A DNA stretch of 64,000 nucleotides from a virus. Positions 28,628 through 39,100 of this stretch are shown here, piece after piece (position 1 is the first letter of the stretch; each line of letters begins with the position of its first letter). Under the pieces are notes generated by a model. That model made no database searches. It was not told where the DNA came from and worked only from the letters and a program-made list of their open reading frames with translations. The stretch is taken from positions 32,001 to 96,000 of IMG/VR virus record IMGVR_UViG_3300031715_000001. One strand, given 5' to 3'. The position numbers and the translations under genes are program-made.

Positions 28628-29266
28628 TTGAAAGCGGGCCAGCCCTGCAAGGCTTGCTATGTGGGGCAGAAGAGGGAACGAGTACTAGCGAGGATGGAAA
28701 AGCGCTGCAGTGTCTGCCATCAGACGCTTCCGCTATGCGGGTTCAATAAGGACAATCAATACACGGGGCGGATCAGTTCCCGCTGCAAGGCCTGCGCCAT
28801 AGAAATGCAAATACGACAGAGGGAGAGAATAAAGGTCCTAGCCCTTCAAAGGCAAAAGCGGAGAGCGTCAGAGTCCGCGTTGGAAGAAAAACTCTGCCCG
28901 AAATGCCACAAGACCAAACCGGTTGGAGACTTTTGGAAAACTAAGCAGACCGTTCATGGGCTAACGTCCCGGTGTAAGGAGTGCCTAGTAGCAGACGATC
29001 GCGAACGAAAATTCGGTCTTACTCCAGAAGCGCTGCAGTCTATGTCGAAGTCGCAAGGGAACTGTTGTTATGTCTGTCACAGTCCTTTTTCCGGCCCTCA
29101 CACAAGAGCAATAGACCATTGTCATGAGTCTGGATTGGTTCGCGGGCTATTATGCCCACAGTGCAATCTTGGACTCGGGTGTTTTCGTGACTCGCCTGAC
29201 CGACTCCGGGCCGCCGCTCTCTATATCGAGAAATGGCTGGAGCGGCGCGCCACCCCTGCGGCGTAA
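28460..29266 (+). CDS. Homing endonuclease, EndoVII-type HNH domain with N-terminal Zn ribbons
   Basis: YWKCRCACG; IDHCHESGLVRGLLCPQCNLGLG; antisense to the late operon. Confidence 0.85.
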   Translation: MQTNITPALSWHIQDISGQTFGALIVEEFSHVGKRHTTYWKCRCACGVVRTIRQDQLKAGQPCKACYVGQKRERVLARMEKRCSVCHQTLPLCGFNKDNQYTGRISSRCKACAIEMQIRQRERIKVLALQRQKRRASESALEEKLCPKCHKTKPVGDFWKTKQTVHGLTSRCKECLVADDRERKFGLTPEALQSMSKSQGNCCYVCHSPFSGPHTRAIDHCHESGLVRGLLCPQCNLGLGCFRDSPDRLRAAALYIEKWLERRATPAA

Positions 29267-29308
29267 GCTAAATGCAGGTGTTAGGGATGAACCGGGATGA
29301 TCTTGTAG

Positions 29309-29707
29309 CTATTTCTTCTCGGGCGTAGGGGGCTTATTCCACCACACGTGCGGCGTTACGGGCCGCCCCTCCGGGCCCTTTAGCAACTTTCCATCCGGGC
29401 CGAATCCGCTGACTCCGCATTCCGGGGTCTTTATCTTGTCCTTGGGGACGCCCACCGATTCACAAGCTTTCGCTACCATCGCTTGCTGATCAGCGATCAC
29501 GGGATCGATCTCATTGTGATAGTCGTCGATCTTGTAATTCTTGTTGATCAGATTGATTTGAGAGATCGTGAAGGCTAAGTGATAGGTCTCTTCGTCGGTG
29601 AAATCTCTTCCATTCGATGATTTCTCGGTTTGCTTCGGAACTACTGATTTCGGTTCCTGAGCATAAATAAGTGATGTCAAAAGTGTAAGTAAAATCAAAA
29701 GCTTCAT
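29309..29707 (-). CDS. Small exported protein
   Basis: MKLLILLTLLTSLIYA|Q. Confidence 0.65.
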   Translation of the reverse strand: MKLLILLTLLTSLIYAQEPKSVVPKQTEKSSNGRDFTDEETYHLAFTISQINLINKNYKIDDYHNEIDPVIADQQAMVAKACESVGVPKDKIKTPECGVSGFGPDGKLLKGPEGRPVTPHVWWNKPPTPEKK

Positions 29708-29723
29708 GCTTTTTCCTTTCGTG

Positions 29724-30035
29724 CGTCTCGTGCGCTCCTGGAACCCGCGCACGTTGGGGATTAGTTATTTCGTATCGTCAGCAGCGCATGGAAACTGGTG
29801 CTCTGGAAACTCGGCAGGATCGCCGGGATACTCACCACCGCAGTTTTCGCAGTAGGTGACCGTCTCGTACGAGTCGGCCACGTCAGGAGGCCCACCAGCA
29901 CGCTGACTCTTCCATTTATGCTCCATCTCGCCAGTCTCCCACGTGCCCGTCGGCATCGAGCGAAGACGGGTCCCCGTACTTATCCGCAGGATAAGGCCGG
30001 GTATCCAGGATGCGAGTGGACGAGGGCACGAAACG
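29724..30035. mobile_element. Hairpin-bounded cassette (short left end, long-form right end)
   Basis: CGTCTCGTGCGC-TCCTGGAACCC-GCGCACGTTGGGG (29724-29759); long form 29938-30035. Confidence 0.7.
29765..29926 (-). CDS. Tiny Cys-containing cargo protein
   Basis: MEHKWK...YCENCG; GGAG SD upstream. Confidence 0.55.
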   Translation of the reverse strand: MEHKWKSQRAGGPPDVADSYETVTYCENCGGEYPGDPAEFPEHQFPCAADDTK

Positions 30036-30055
30036 CACGATAGCCTCAATTCCAT

Positions 30056-32572
30056 TTAACAACCACTTGAGCTAATTAAGAGCCCAAATGTGAAATTCAT
30101 AGAGCAACTTCCATTAACTACTGTCTTGCTGGCTCCCGCACCACTCGGAGTCTGGTATCCGATGTTGGTGAAGAAACCATTCACGCCGTCCATGGTGGCT
30201 TTCACATTTCCTGATGCATCCGTGGCCGCGCATTGCCCGGCTCCGCTCAATCCACCTCGCGAGCCGGCATCGCACCACACCACTAGTTCGCCGCCAGCGC
30301 TATAGCCCGAAAACGAGTAAGGCGCCGTCGCGCTGCTCACCCAATTCCCATAGGCCGCTGTGTAGGTATTTCCGCGGTGATGGTCCGCGTTGTCGATCAC
30401 GTTCGCCCCGCCGACCTGGAAGGCTCCCGAGGTGTTCGATACACTCACCGCTCCATTTCCCGTTACCCAAAAAGCGAAATTCGAGTTCGAGAATGTGAAT
30501 AAGCCACCTGTGTTGTTGGCCGTCATCTGCAGGAACTGAACACTGTTCGCGGTCCCGATCTGCTGCGGCAACGTTAAAGCTACGGTTGACCCGGAGGGTG
30601 TAACGGTGATCGCGTTCGGCTGCGCGCCATTTGTGATCGTCAGCGTACCGAGGTTGTTCCAGGCGGTCCCGTTGAAGACTTTTTCCTGAGCCGCGCCGTT
30701 ATCCCAGTACATCGCCCCTGCGGCGAAGGTGTCGCCCGTGGTCAAGGTCGGAGTTCCCGAGGAATTTCCGGTCTGGATGTAATGAGCGGCGCTGAAGCTC
30801 AAGGCCGTCATTCCGGCGTCGACCGCTTGGACGGCATCGAACCGGGTATTGGTCCCGAAGGGAAGTACTTTGAATCCGTTGTCTGATTGCACGTAGCCGC
30901 CGGCTACCGTGATGGCTTGATTCGATCCCGTTCCGTGAACGGTCAGCGTATTGATGGAATTCTGCCAGGTCAGGTTGGCGCTACCACCGAAGATTCCGGC
31001 GTTGTTGTATTGCAGGTTCGTATCGGCGCCCGCCGGTGTTCCGCCCCCTCCGCCTCCCCCGGAAAGCGCTACCCAGGCCGTTCCGTTGTAGTATTTTTCG
31101 ACACAAGGGCTTACGCTCGTATCGCAGAACATCATGCCCTGGTTCAAATTGTCGCCTGGAGTAATGGGCGCGGATCCGCCGCCCGATCCGGGAGGACCGC
31201 TCGAAAATCCGGTGGTGATGTAATTGGCGGCAGTGAAGCTCGATGCCTTCATTCCGGCGGGAGTGATGATGGAATCGTAGCGCGTGGCAAGACCGAAGGG
31301 AACTGCGAAACCCCAGTCGGAGGTTACTAGGCCGGTTTGGACCTCCAGGGCCGGGATACCGGGACCGCCGGCGTTCCCGACTACATGCAAAATCTGGTTG
31401 GTATTGTCCCACCAGAAATTGGCGCTTCCGGCGAAAGAGCCCGCGCTATTGAACTGAACGTTGGTTGTCGCGCCACCCGGCGAAGTAGCGCCGCCCGAGG
31501 CCAGATTCACCCAGGCTGAGCCGTTATAGAGTTTCTCCTGGCAGGGTGAGCTGCCGGTATCGCAATACATCGTTCCGGCGTGCGGAAAGCCAGGCTCGCT
31601 GCCCGTGGCTGGAGGCGCTCCGGACGAGGCCCCGGTTTCAATGTAGTTCAAAGCTGTGACGCTGGTTGCGAGCACCCCCGTGCCTATTGCGCTGATCGCG
31701 CTGTAGCCGGCGCTGGTTCCGTTCACCAGGAATCCGTAATCGGAGCTCACGGAGGCCTTTGAGACTACGAGGGACGCAGGCGCGAGGCCCAGGCCCGTAA
31801 AGGTCCCGGATATATGCACAACCTGATTGGTGTTGTCCCACCAGAAATTGGCGCTGCCCGCCAGCGCGCCCGCATTGTTGTACTGGACGCTGGTCGTCGG
31901 GCCGCCGGGCGTCCCCCCTCCGCCGCCTCCACCTCCACCGCCCGGAGCGAATACAAGATTGCCCGCGCCATCGGAGGTCAGCGCGCCCGCCGCGTCCTGT
32001 TGCGGCAGCGTCCAGGCCAGATTCTGCGACATGCCCGGATTGGCCTTGAATATTGCGTAATTCGGGGTTGGATTTCCGTTGCCGACTTCGAGGGCCTGTC
32101 CGGCGATCACATTCGCGCCGGCCGTAAAATTTCCGCCCACGATTACCGGGCCACCTCCGCCTCCATTGCTGTTGCTGATGGTGGCTCCTGACAATGTCCA
32201 GTAATTCCCATTGCCCACTGGGGTTACCGAGGAACCGATCAGATTGTCCCCGCCCGCCCCCACGATGACGGCGCCGGTTGAAGTTGTGACGACTAGCTTG
32301 TAAGGAACATTGGGAGTCAACCAGATCCCCGAAGGTGTGCGTCCTGATCCATCGAGGATGATGGGATTGGAATTGGCTAACGTTCCCGCTGAGGTGGTGA
32401 AGGTCCCTAATGGCGTGCCTGGACAACTTGAGCCTGCCGCACAGGTGTAAACTCTGCCGTTCGATAGTGGATTGCCGTTGTTATCAAAGAACTGCTGATT
32501 AGCCCAAGGAACAATAAGAGCTTGACCGCATAAATAAAACGGGAGTAAGAGAAGTAGAAGTAGTTTACGCAT
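30056..32572 (-). CDS. Tailspike/fibre with podovirus head-binding-like N-domain and a signal peptide
   Basis: QFFDNNGNPLSNGRVYT...NSNPIILDGSGR; three PGG..VQYNNAG.FAGSANF repeats. Confidence 0.75.
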   Translation of the reverse strand: MRKLLLLLLLPFYLCGQALIVPWANQQFFDNNGNPLSNGRVYTCAAGSSCPGTPLGTFTTSAGTLANSNPIILDGSGRTPSGIWLTPNVPYKLVVTTSTGAVIVGAGGDNLIGSSVTPVGNGNYWTLSGATISNSNGGGGGPVIVGGNFTAGANVIAGQALEVGNGNPTPNYAIFKANPGMSQNLAWTLPQQDAAGALTSDGAGNLVFAPGGGGGGGGGGTPGGPTTSVQYNNAGALAGSANFWWDNTNQVVHISGTFTGLGLAPASLVVSKASVSSDYGFLVNGTSAGYSAISAIGTGVLATSVTALNYIETGASSGAPPATGSEPGFPHAGTMYCDTGSSPCQEKLYNGSAWVNLASGGATSPGGATTNVQFNSAGSFAGSANFWWDNTNQILHVVGNAGGPGIPALEVQTGLVTSDWGFAVPFGLATRYDSIITPAGMKASSFTAANYITTGFSSGPPGSGGGSAPITPGDNLNQGMMFCDTSVSPCVEKYYNGTAWVALSGGGGGGGTPAGADTNLQYNNAGIFGGSANLTWQNSINTLTVHGTGSNQAITVAGGYVQSDNGFKVLPFGTNTRFDAVQAVDAGMTALSFSAAHYIQTGNSSGTPTLTTGDTFAAGAMYWDNGAAQEKVFNGTAWNNLGTLTITNGAQPNAITVTPSGSTVALTLPQQIGTANSVQFLQMTANNTGGLFTFSNSNFAFWVTGNGAVSVSNTSGAFQVGGANVIDNADHHRGNTYTAAYGNWVSSATAPYSFSGYSAGGELVVWCDAGSRGGLSGAGQCAATDASGNVKATMDGVNGFFTNIGYQTPSGAGASKTVVNGSCSMNFTFGLLISSSGC

Positions 32573-32640
32573 GGATTTTCTTTTTGGGTCGACGCTCTTC
32601 AGATCTGTCGTGGTAAATTCGGTTTGAGGACGTTCGCGCT

Positions 32641-33123
32641 ATGAATGATTTCGCCCGTTCGATCAAAGAGCCGATCCGTTTCTTTTTGCGATCGGGCCCC
32701 GATTCCTGGTTAGCGGCGCTGCTGGCGCATGCCCAGGACGGCAAGCTGGGGTTCTACAGTTGCTGTTGTTTCGTCGGAAGCCGCACTGCGACGCATGCGC
32801 TCCGACCGGCTTATGGGACCAACAACGCCTTTGTAGAGTCTCTCCATTGTGAGTGGCGGTGGTCTTCCCCACACCATTGGCTGCCTAGTATCGCTGGCTC
32901 CGCTGACCATCTAAAGGAGGCTCGTAAGCAGCCTGGAGGAACGGAAGCTGAAATTGCCTTCAGAGATCTTGGTCTTCGCTATGGAGTGAACGACGATGCA
33001 CTTCGCCGGCGCGTCGTGATTCCCATGATCAAGGCCGAAATGCGGAGACGCGAGAGAGCAAGCGAATCCCCAACGCACGCGGGCTCCAGGAGCGTGCGAA
33101 ACGAGCCAGTATTGACCTGTTAA
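32641..33123 (+). CDS. Hypothetical protein, paralog of 2130-2591
   Basis: Shared N-terminal block; reads into the element at 33068-33103. Confidence 0.7.
   Translation: MNDFARSIKEPIRFFLRSGPDSWLAALLAHAQDGKLGFYSCCCFVGSRTATHALRPAYGTNNAFVESLHCEWRWSSPHHWLPSIAGSADHLKEARKQPGGTEAEIAFRDLGLRYGVNDDALRRRVVIPMIKAEMRRRERASESPTHAGSRSVRNEPVLTC
33068..33103 (-). repeat. Hairpin element
   Basis: CCCCAACGCACGC-GGGCTCCAGGA-GCGTGCGAAACG. Confidence 0.75.
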
Positions 33124-33157
33124 ATACCCGTACTGGGGACCGTTCCACGTGCAACGT

Positions 33158-36100
33158 TTACCGTGAACTGGCCGTGGCGGCGCGCTGTTGCTGCAGCACA
33201 TGTTCCGCCGCGAAAGGATTGGTGGAGTTTCCAATTAGTCCGGTGCCGACGATGCTCATATTCAGTACATTGTTGAGCACAGCGGTGGCGTTTATCTTGA
33301 CCGGTCCTACTTTGACGCGAGCCGCTTCCTGTTCCCGCTTTTCGTTGCCTTGAAGTCCCGCTATGTCACCAATTGAATTCGCGAACGCGTTCAGTTGCGC
33401 CGCCGCCGCTAGGGCGGTTCTCCAAGTAGTAGGCCAGCCAGCCGGAGTCTTATCCGGTATAGCCGACATCAGTTCAGGCGCTAGTTTCCCGCTGCGATCG
33501 CGGAAGCCGGTGAGGTACGGCTCTTTGGATAATGTGGCGGTCACAGCCGCTCGCGGTAGCGGGCCAAGTACCGGATGGCTGAAGGTGTTCACAATGTCGC
33601 GCATCCCAGCCTCGCGCGCCTGCCCGCCCGTCCCGCGCTCCATGAGCGTCTGGTAAGCCCCCGGGACTCCAAGCGCCATCGCTCCGCGACGGATCAATGG
33701 ATTGAAGGCGTAGACGTTTACGTAACCAACTTCTGGCCCCTTCCCCCAGAGCGTGTTCCCGAGTGTGCTGTGCCGGAACTTGTCGATTCGCCCCGCACCG
33801 CTTCCCACGGGAATGGACAGGAACTTCGAGCGCTTATCCTCCCAGGGATATTTGCCTGTGAGTTCCTTGCTCAACAGGAACCAGACTCCCAGCGTTCCGA
33901 GGATTCCAGCGGTGAGAGCGTGCCAGAGCCGCAACTGCGCTTTGTTCTTCGGAACCCACGGAGCTTTTCCTTCTCCGGGCGTAATCGTCGGACCGGAACT
34001 GAACATGGCGTTCACACCGTTGCGGATCATCGTAGACCCGGCGGTGTAGAAGGGTGAAAACGGGAATGCTTTGACGTGCTTCTCGAGATCCGACCAAAGG
34101 GCCGGTGTGTAATTTCCAAGTTGATTTACGAACTCGTTCAACTCTTGGGGCGACACATTGGGATTGATTGCCTTGGCGACTCTCCACATGATGTAGCGGG
34201 CGCGCGCGTCAATCCCTTTGGGACCGTAGAGCATCGGAGACAGCGAGTATCGGACCAGCTTCGCTCCGGTCAGCTTCGCGAGTTCCTTACTGTACGTTAC
34301 CGAAGCATACCGGGTCGGAAGAGCGCCGGCGTCGGCCATTTCCTGAAAGGCTTGGACCGCCTCTTCTTTTGTGGGGTCCGTTGTGGCCAGCATTCCGAGC
34401 GCCTGGAATTTCTTGGTCAAGATATTCGAAGATGCGAGCATGCCTCCGAGCGACGAAGAGAGGAACGGAGTATTCGCAATGAGTGCGCCCACGAGATTGG
34501 CGGAGTGGAAAGTCATGTCCGCCGGGCCCTGCAACGCGAAGGTATTGACCATCTGTAGCGCCCTGTGAATAGCACCGGGCTCTGGTCTTGAGTCTTTATC
34601 GACCACGTCCTTGATTTCGTCGTAGAACCATTTCGGCATGTAAGCTTGAACGGCTTGGGTGTAGAAAGACTTTTCTCCCTGCTTGATGACCATTCGCGGA
34701 GGCGTGACGGTAACCTTCTTGGTGGGATATTCCTTGCCGCGCCACAGGAATGTATCGGTATCGACCGAACTGGACCTGGGTACTTTCTTCATGAGGCCCG
34801 CGTCATAAGCCGCTTGAATTACGGACGCCCTTCCGCCTTGTGATAAGTCTCTTGCGAGAGCTTGACGAAAGCGCTCGATGTCGACGACATAGCCTTTTTT
34901 CGAAAGTCCGGTCGCCATGACGTTCCGCGAGTTACCGGGTTTCTTGAAGCCCAGCTTTTCAAAAAAGGTCGGTTTGCCTTCTTCGGCCGCGAGTAATGGA
35001 AAATAGCGTCCCGCTGGTCCTAGAGCGGTGGTAAAGACGCCTTCGTTCAAGGCGTGATTCTGCGCGATGGGGTGCTCGATGCGCTCGCCGTAGATCCGGT
35101 CGGCTTCTTTCACCTTCGGATTGGTTTTGATCTGATCGCGGATGTGATCGAAGTGATCGGTATCCATGGCGGGACGGACGTTGTTGGCAGCGGTCTCAAA
35201 GAGCGGCCAGAGGTAATTCCGAAGGTCTTCCCAGCGTTTCTGCTCGACCAGGGCACTGGCTATTTGCGCGGGGTTTTCCGGCATTCCGGCTCTACCCTGT
35301 AGATTGTCGAGCATATCCACGAAGTCTTGCGACATCGAGCCTTCTTCGCCGCCGCCCGAGAAATCCTTTTCCATCTGCTCGTCCGTCAGTTTTTGCGCTT
35401 GATTGGCGAAGTCCTGCCAGCGGTCCCGGATTCCCTGGAGGCGTGAGTCGACGTAATAGAGAAACAGCGATTCCACCGGGACTCCGGTGCCTTCGAGAGC
35501 TTTGCGCATCAGCGGTAAAGATGCTCTGATGATGGCCGCCGAGCGAGCTTCAGGCGATGCTCCGCGCAGCATGGCTTCGTGGACGGGAGGCGATGCACGC
35601 TTGGTTTGACCGAGACCGCGGATTAGCGAGGATTCGACCGCGCCTCGGACGCTGTAGTTCCCTCCGCGTGCTCCTTCGTAACCGGTTTGGATGAGGTCCC
35701 CCAAGGCCGGGGCCGATCCACGTTCCCCACGCTTGCCGGGGACTACATCCCGTGTTTTTCGGGGTCGTACTTCTCGGTCGGTTGTGGTGGGGGATTCGTC
35801 AGGACCTGGGCGTGGCTGCTCGTCAGAAAACGAACTCTCTTCAGGGCGGTAGGCGGATATATCTGGTCCAGAGCTTCCTGAAGGCCCTTCTCCCCGTTCC
35901 GTTGCAGGCCCACCAGGCAATTCTTGAGATTCGCTTGGGGCTCGTTCAGGGCCGAAGGCGGAGAAGACTTCGCGGGCGATTCGTCCTGGAGCTTTAGATC
36001 CATATTCTCTCCTCAATGTTCGCACGTATTGCGCCGCAAGGGAACGCGCGTCTGGTACCGACAGGCCCAGTTCCTGGTAGCCCTGTGGGCGCATTAAACG

Positions 36101-39100
36101 CACGGCCACTTCCGTAGCTTGTTCTGGTGAGTCAGGAGCGAGATCGCTGTACGTTCTAGAAAGATGAAGCGCAGCCTTCTCGTAAACCGGACTGCCGGTA
36201 AAACGAGAAAGAGATTCTCCGAAATGCTTGGTCGCCGTTCCCTGAAGGGTCGCCTGGAGCGCGTGGTGTAATTCTTCCGTGAAGGCAGTATCGCGATGCT
36301 GATCCATTGCCGGAGAATCCGAGACAAGGATAAAAGACTTTCCAGCCGGTCCCGCCGAATCGAGCATCTCACGAAGACGGCGCACTGGCTCGGGCGCGTT
36401 GTGAGGGAAAAGGCGTCCGAGGTTACGGGAGAGAACGAACGTATCGCGTGGTGAGATATGAAGCGCGGCGTGAGTAAAAGGGATCGAGTCCTGTGTTTTA
36501 TTCCCGGCGCGGGCGACCAATTCCATGGCACTCTGGTTTCCGAGATAGGCGACGGCAAGGTCGTGATATTGCGGCCCGATGGGTATTGGTTCGATGACGG
36601 CTCTGCGGGCGTGGAATCCGTTCGGTGCCTCGCTTATGTATTGGGCGTTTCGCACGTCCTCGGGAAGATGCGGAATGCGGGAACCCTCTATGCTGACTGG
36701 TTCAGAAGCAAGCGCAGTCAGCGACCTCAGTTTCTCTGGTACAGCGTCGTTCCTGATCGGCATGACGAGGCCAACAAGCTTGCTTCCCTTGTGAGCCTGA
36801 AATGCCTCGTTGGTCGCGATCGCGGTCCACTTATCCGGCTTGTGCGCCTTATTGAGGTAATCGAAGTACCCTGAATCCATCACGCCGCCGTTCGAGAAGA
36901 CGACGTATTCGTGAGCGCCTTGTTTGTAGAAGCCAACCGGAGTGACTGTTTTGCCGCCCTTGTTTGGGATGACCTTCGAAATATCAGGCCCTTTTCTCTC
37001 TACCTCCGACGGCGTCCAATATTTCGGCGGTGCTCCCTCGACCAGAATGTGTCCGTTCGTGTGCCACACGCCGCCCTTGAATGGAATTGGCCCGTTGAAT
37101 CCAAACCTACTATCACCCGGATCTTCAATCTTTCCAGACCCAGGTTTGTACTCTGACATGGGCAGTCCAGCTTCGGCTTTAGCAAAAGGACTTGGCTCGC
37201 CCTTCAAGAACGCTTCCGCAACGGCGCGGGCTTCGGCCTTTGGATACCCAGCGCCAACGATCTCAGTTTCCTGTCTGCCGTATTTATTCGCTTCGCCGGG
37301 AGGTGTGTCGTAGTATTTCCGCTCAACATCCCAACCGTCTGAAATGTTGCGCGACTGCCGGAGGTCTACGCGCTCGCCAGTCGGCTTACCTTCGGCGTCC
37401 ACGCCGTAAGCGGTGAACACTTTTCTTCCGTTTTCCGCTTTCTCTTTTCCGAAAGTAACGGTTGAAGCTTTAACCTCGATGGGCGGACCCTTCTTCTTGG
37501 CCTCGGGAACCTTTTGTTTCTGTTTTGCCAGTGCATCATTCCGACGGATGTGTCCGTCACGAATGACTTGATCGGCATATTCGTAGTTGGACGGAGTCTG
37601 CAGGTTTGCGCTGGCGCGGTATTCTTCCGCCTCTTCGAGGAGATTCCCGTATTCCTGAGACGCTGGTTTCCCGCGCTTCAGCCGCTCCTCCAGCGATTCG
37701 ATCCAGGTACGCACGAGTCCTGGGGAAGCTGCTGTTCCTGGTACCTCATCAGGCTTTGGAGCAGCGGCCATCGCTTGCTGCTCCTTTTTCTGCACCGACG
37801 GAGCGGCACGCTCTGGCATCTTCGGCTGCTCTGGCGCGGGCGCTCCTTCCAATGCGCTTGGGCTCTTGGGGGCGAGATAATCTGTTGGTTGCGTGACTGA
37901 TGCCCGCGACACGATCCTTGAGCCTTTGTCTGGTGGCGTAGAATGCGTCCTTGGCTGCTCACCCGCGATCGGACTACCATCCTCGTTGACGCGCTGCTCG
38001 GTTAGTGTCCAACCGCCGCCCGGTTTCTCGTCGTACGCTAGGACCTTGTCGTACGTGTGCCAGTAGCCGCTAAAGATTACGTTGCCGGGCGTGTAGAACT
38101 CACGACGGCGAGCGATCAACGGAGGAACCGGCTTGGACTTCTTCGCTGTGGCCTTTGTTGGCTTCTCCCTAGTTGTTGTTATAGGCTGCTGCCGCATCGC
38201 GGATATATTCAGCGGCGTCCATGCGGAAGGTACCAGGGTACGACCATTACCATGTATCGCGCCCCATAGCCACGTCTTTCCGTTCGGCTCGCGGGTCAGG
38301 AAGGATTGGCTCTTGGACGGACCTTCGACTTCGAGTCCTAATTCTTTGGCCTTCGCTACGAAAGCGTCATTGGCCGCGTGCCGCAAATCTTCGACTTGAT
38401 CGTTCGTAAGACCGGACGCGCTCTTTACAGTTTTGGCACTTTCACCTTTGGCGCGCTCAGTTTCGGTACCTTCGCCGGCGGGAGCACTTGTTGGACCCTC
38501 GGTACCGCGCTCTGAAATGCTGGATGTAGAGGCTCTGGGACTGGATGGGCCAGGTTGGGCACCTTTGGATCCGCCAGCTTCGGAGGTTTCACTAGGCGTG
38601 GCTTCGGTAGGCGGATGCGCAGGACGTTGGGGGACGACTTCGGTTGGCTTGGATTCATTCTTCTCACCAGTTTTAGACTTTTGTGGTTCTTGCTGCCGCC
38701 CTGGAGTTGCGGCAGCGCTGGATGCTTGTGCTCCGAGTGGGATGTCCGTTCGTTCGCCCGTCTTCGGCATGAAATGAACTCGGTCAAATTCGATTTGCTT
38801 GCCAGTCAGGCCCGGTACCGCGCGGCCGGCGTACTTCTTTCCTTCGCCCGCTTTCACATAGGCGATGGTCACGTGGGGCTTGTACTCCGGGAATTCGTTG
38901 CCGTTGGGGAGCTTGGAGAGTTTCTTATTCAGTCGCTTCAAACCCTCCGAGTCGACGGCGAGTTTGAGCACATCGTAATCGGGATGCTGTTTCGACGCAG
39001 GGAAGATCGAGATGCGACCAATGTTAGCTTTGATCGGTCCTTGGTCCGCGATGAGCTTTTGCACGTCAGCGGGTTCATTGGTATGCAATCCGTAGAAGAC

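Noticed and set aside
30056-32572. Internal DNA repeats in the tailspike gene as DGR TR/VR
   Set aside because: They are in-frame protein repeats; no reverse transcriptase or adenine-specific variation seen.
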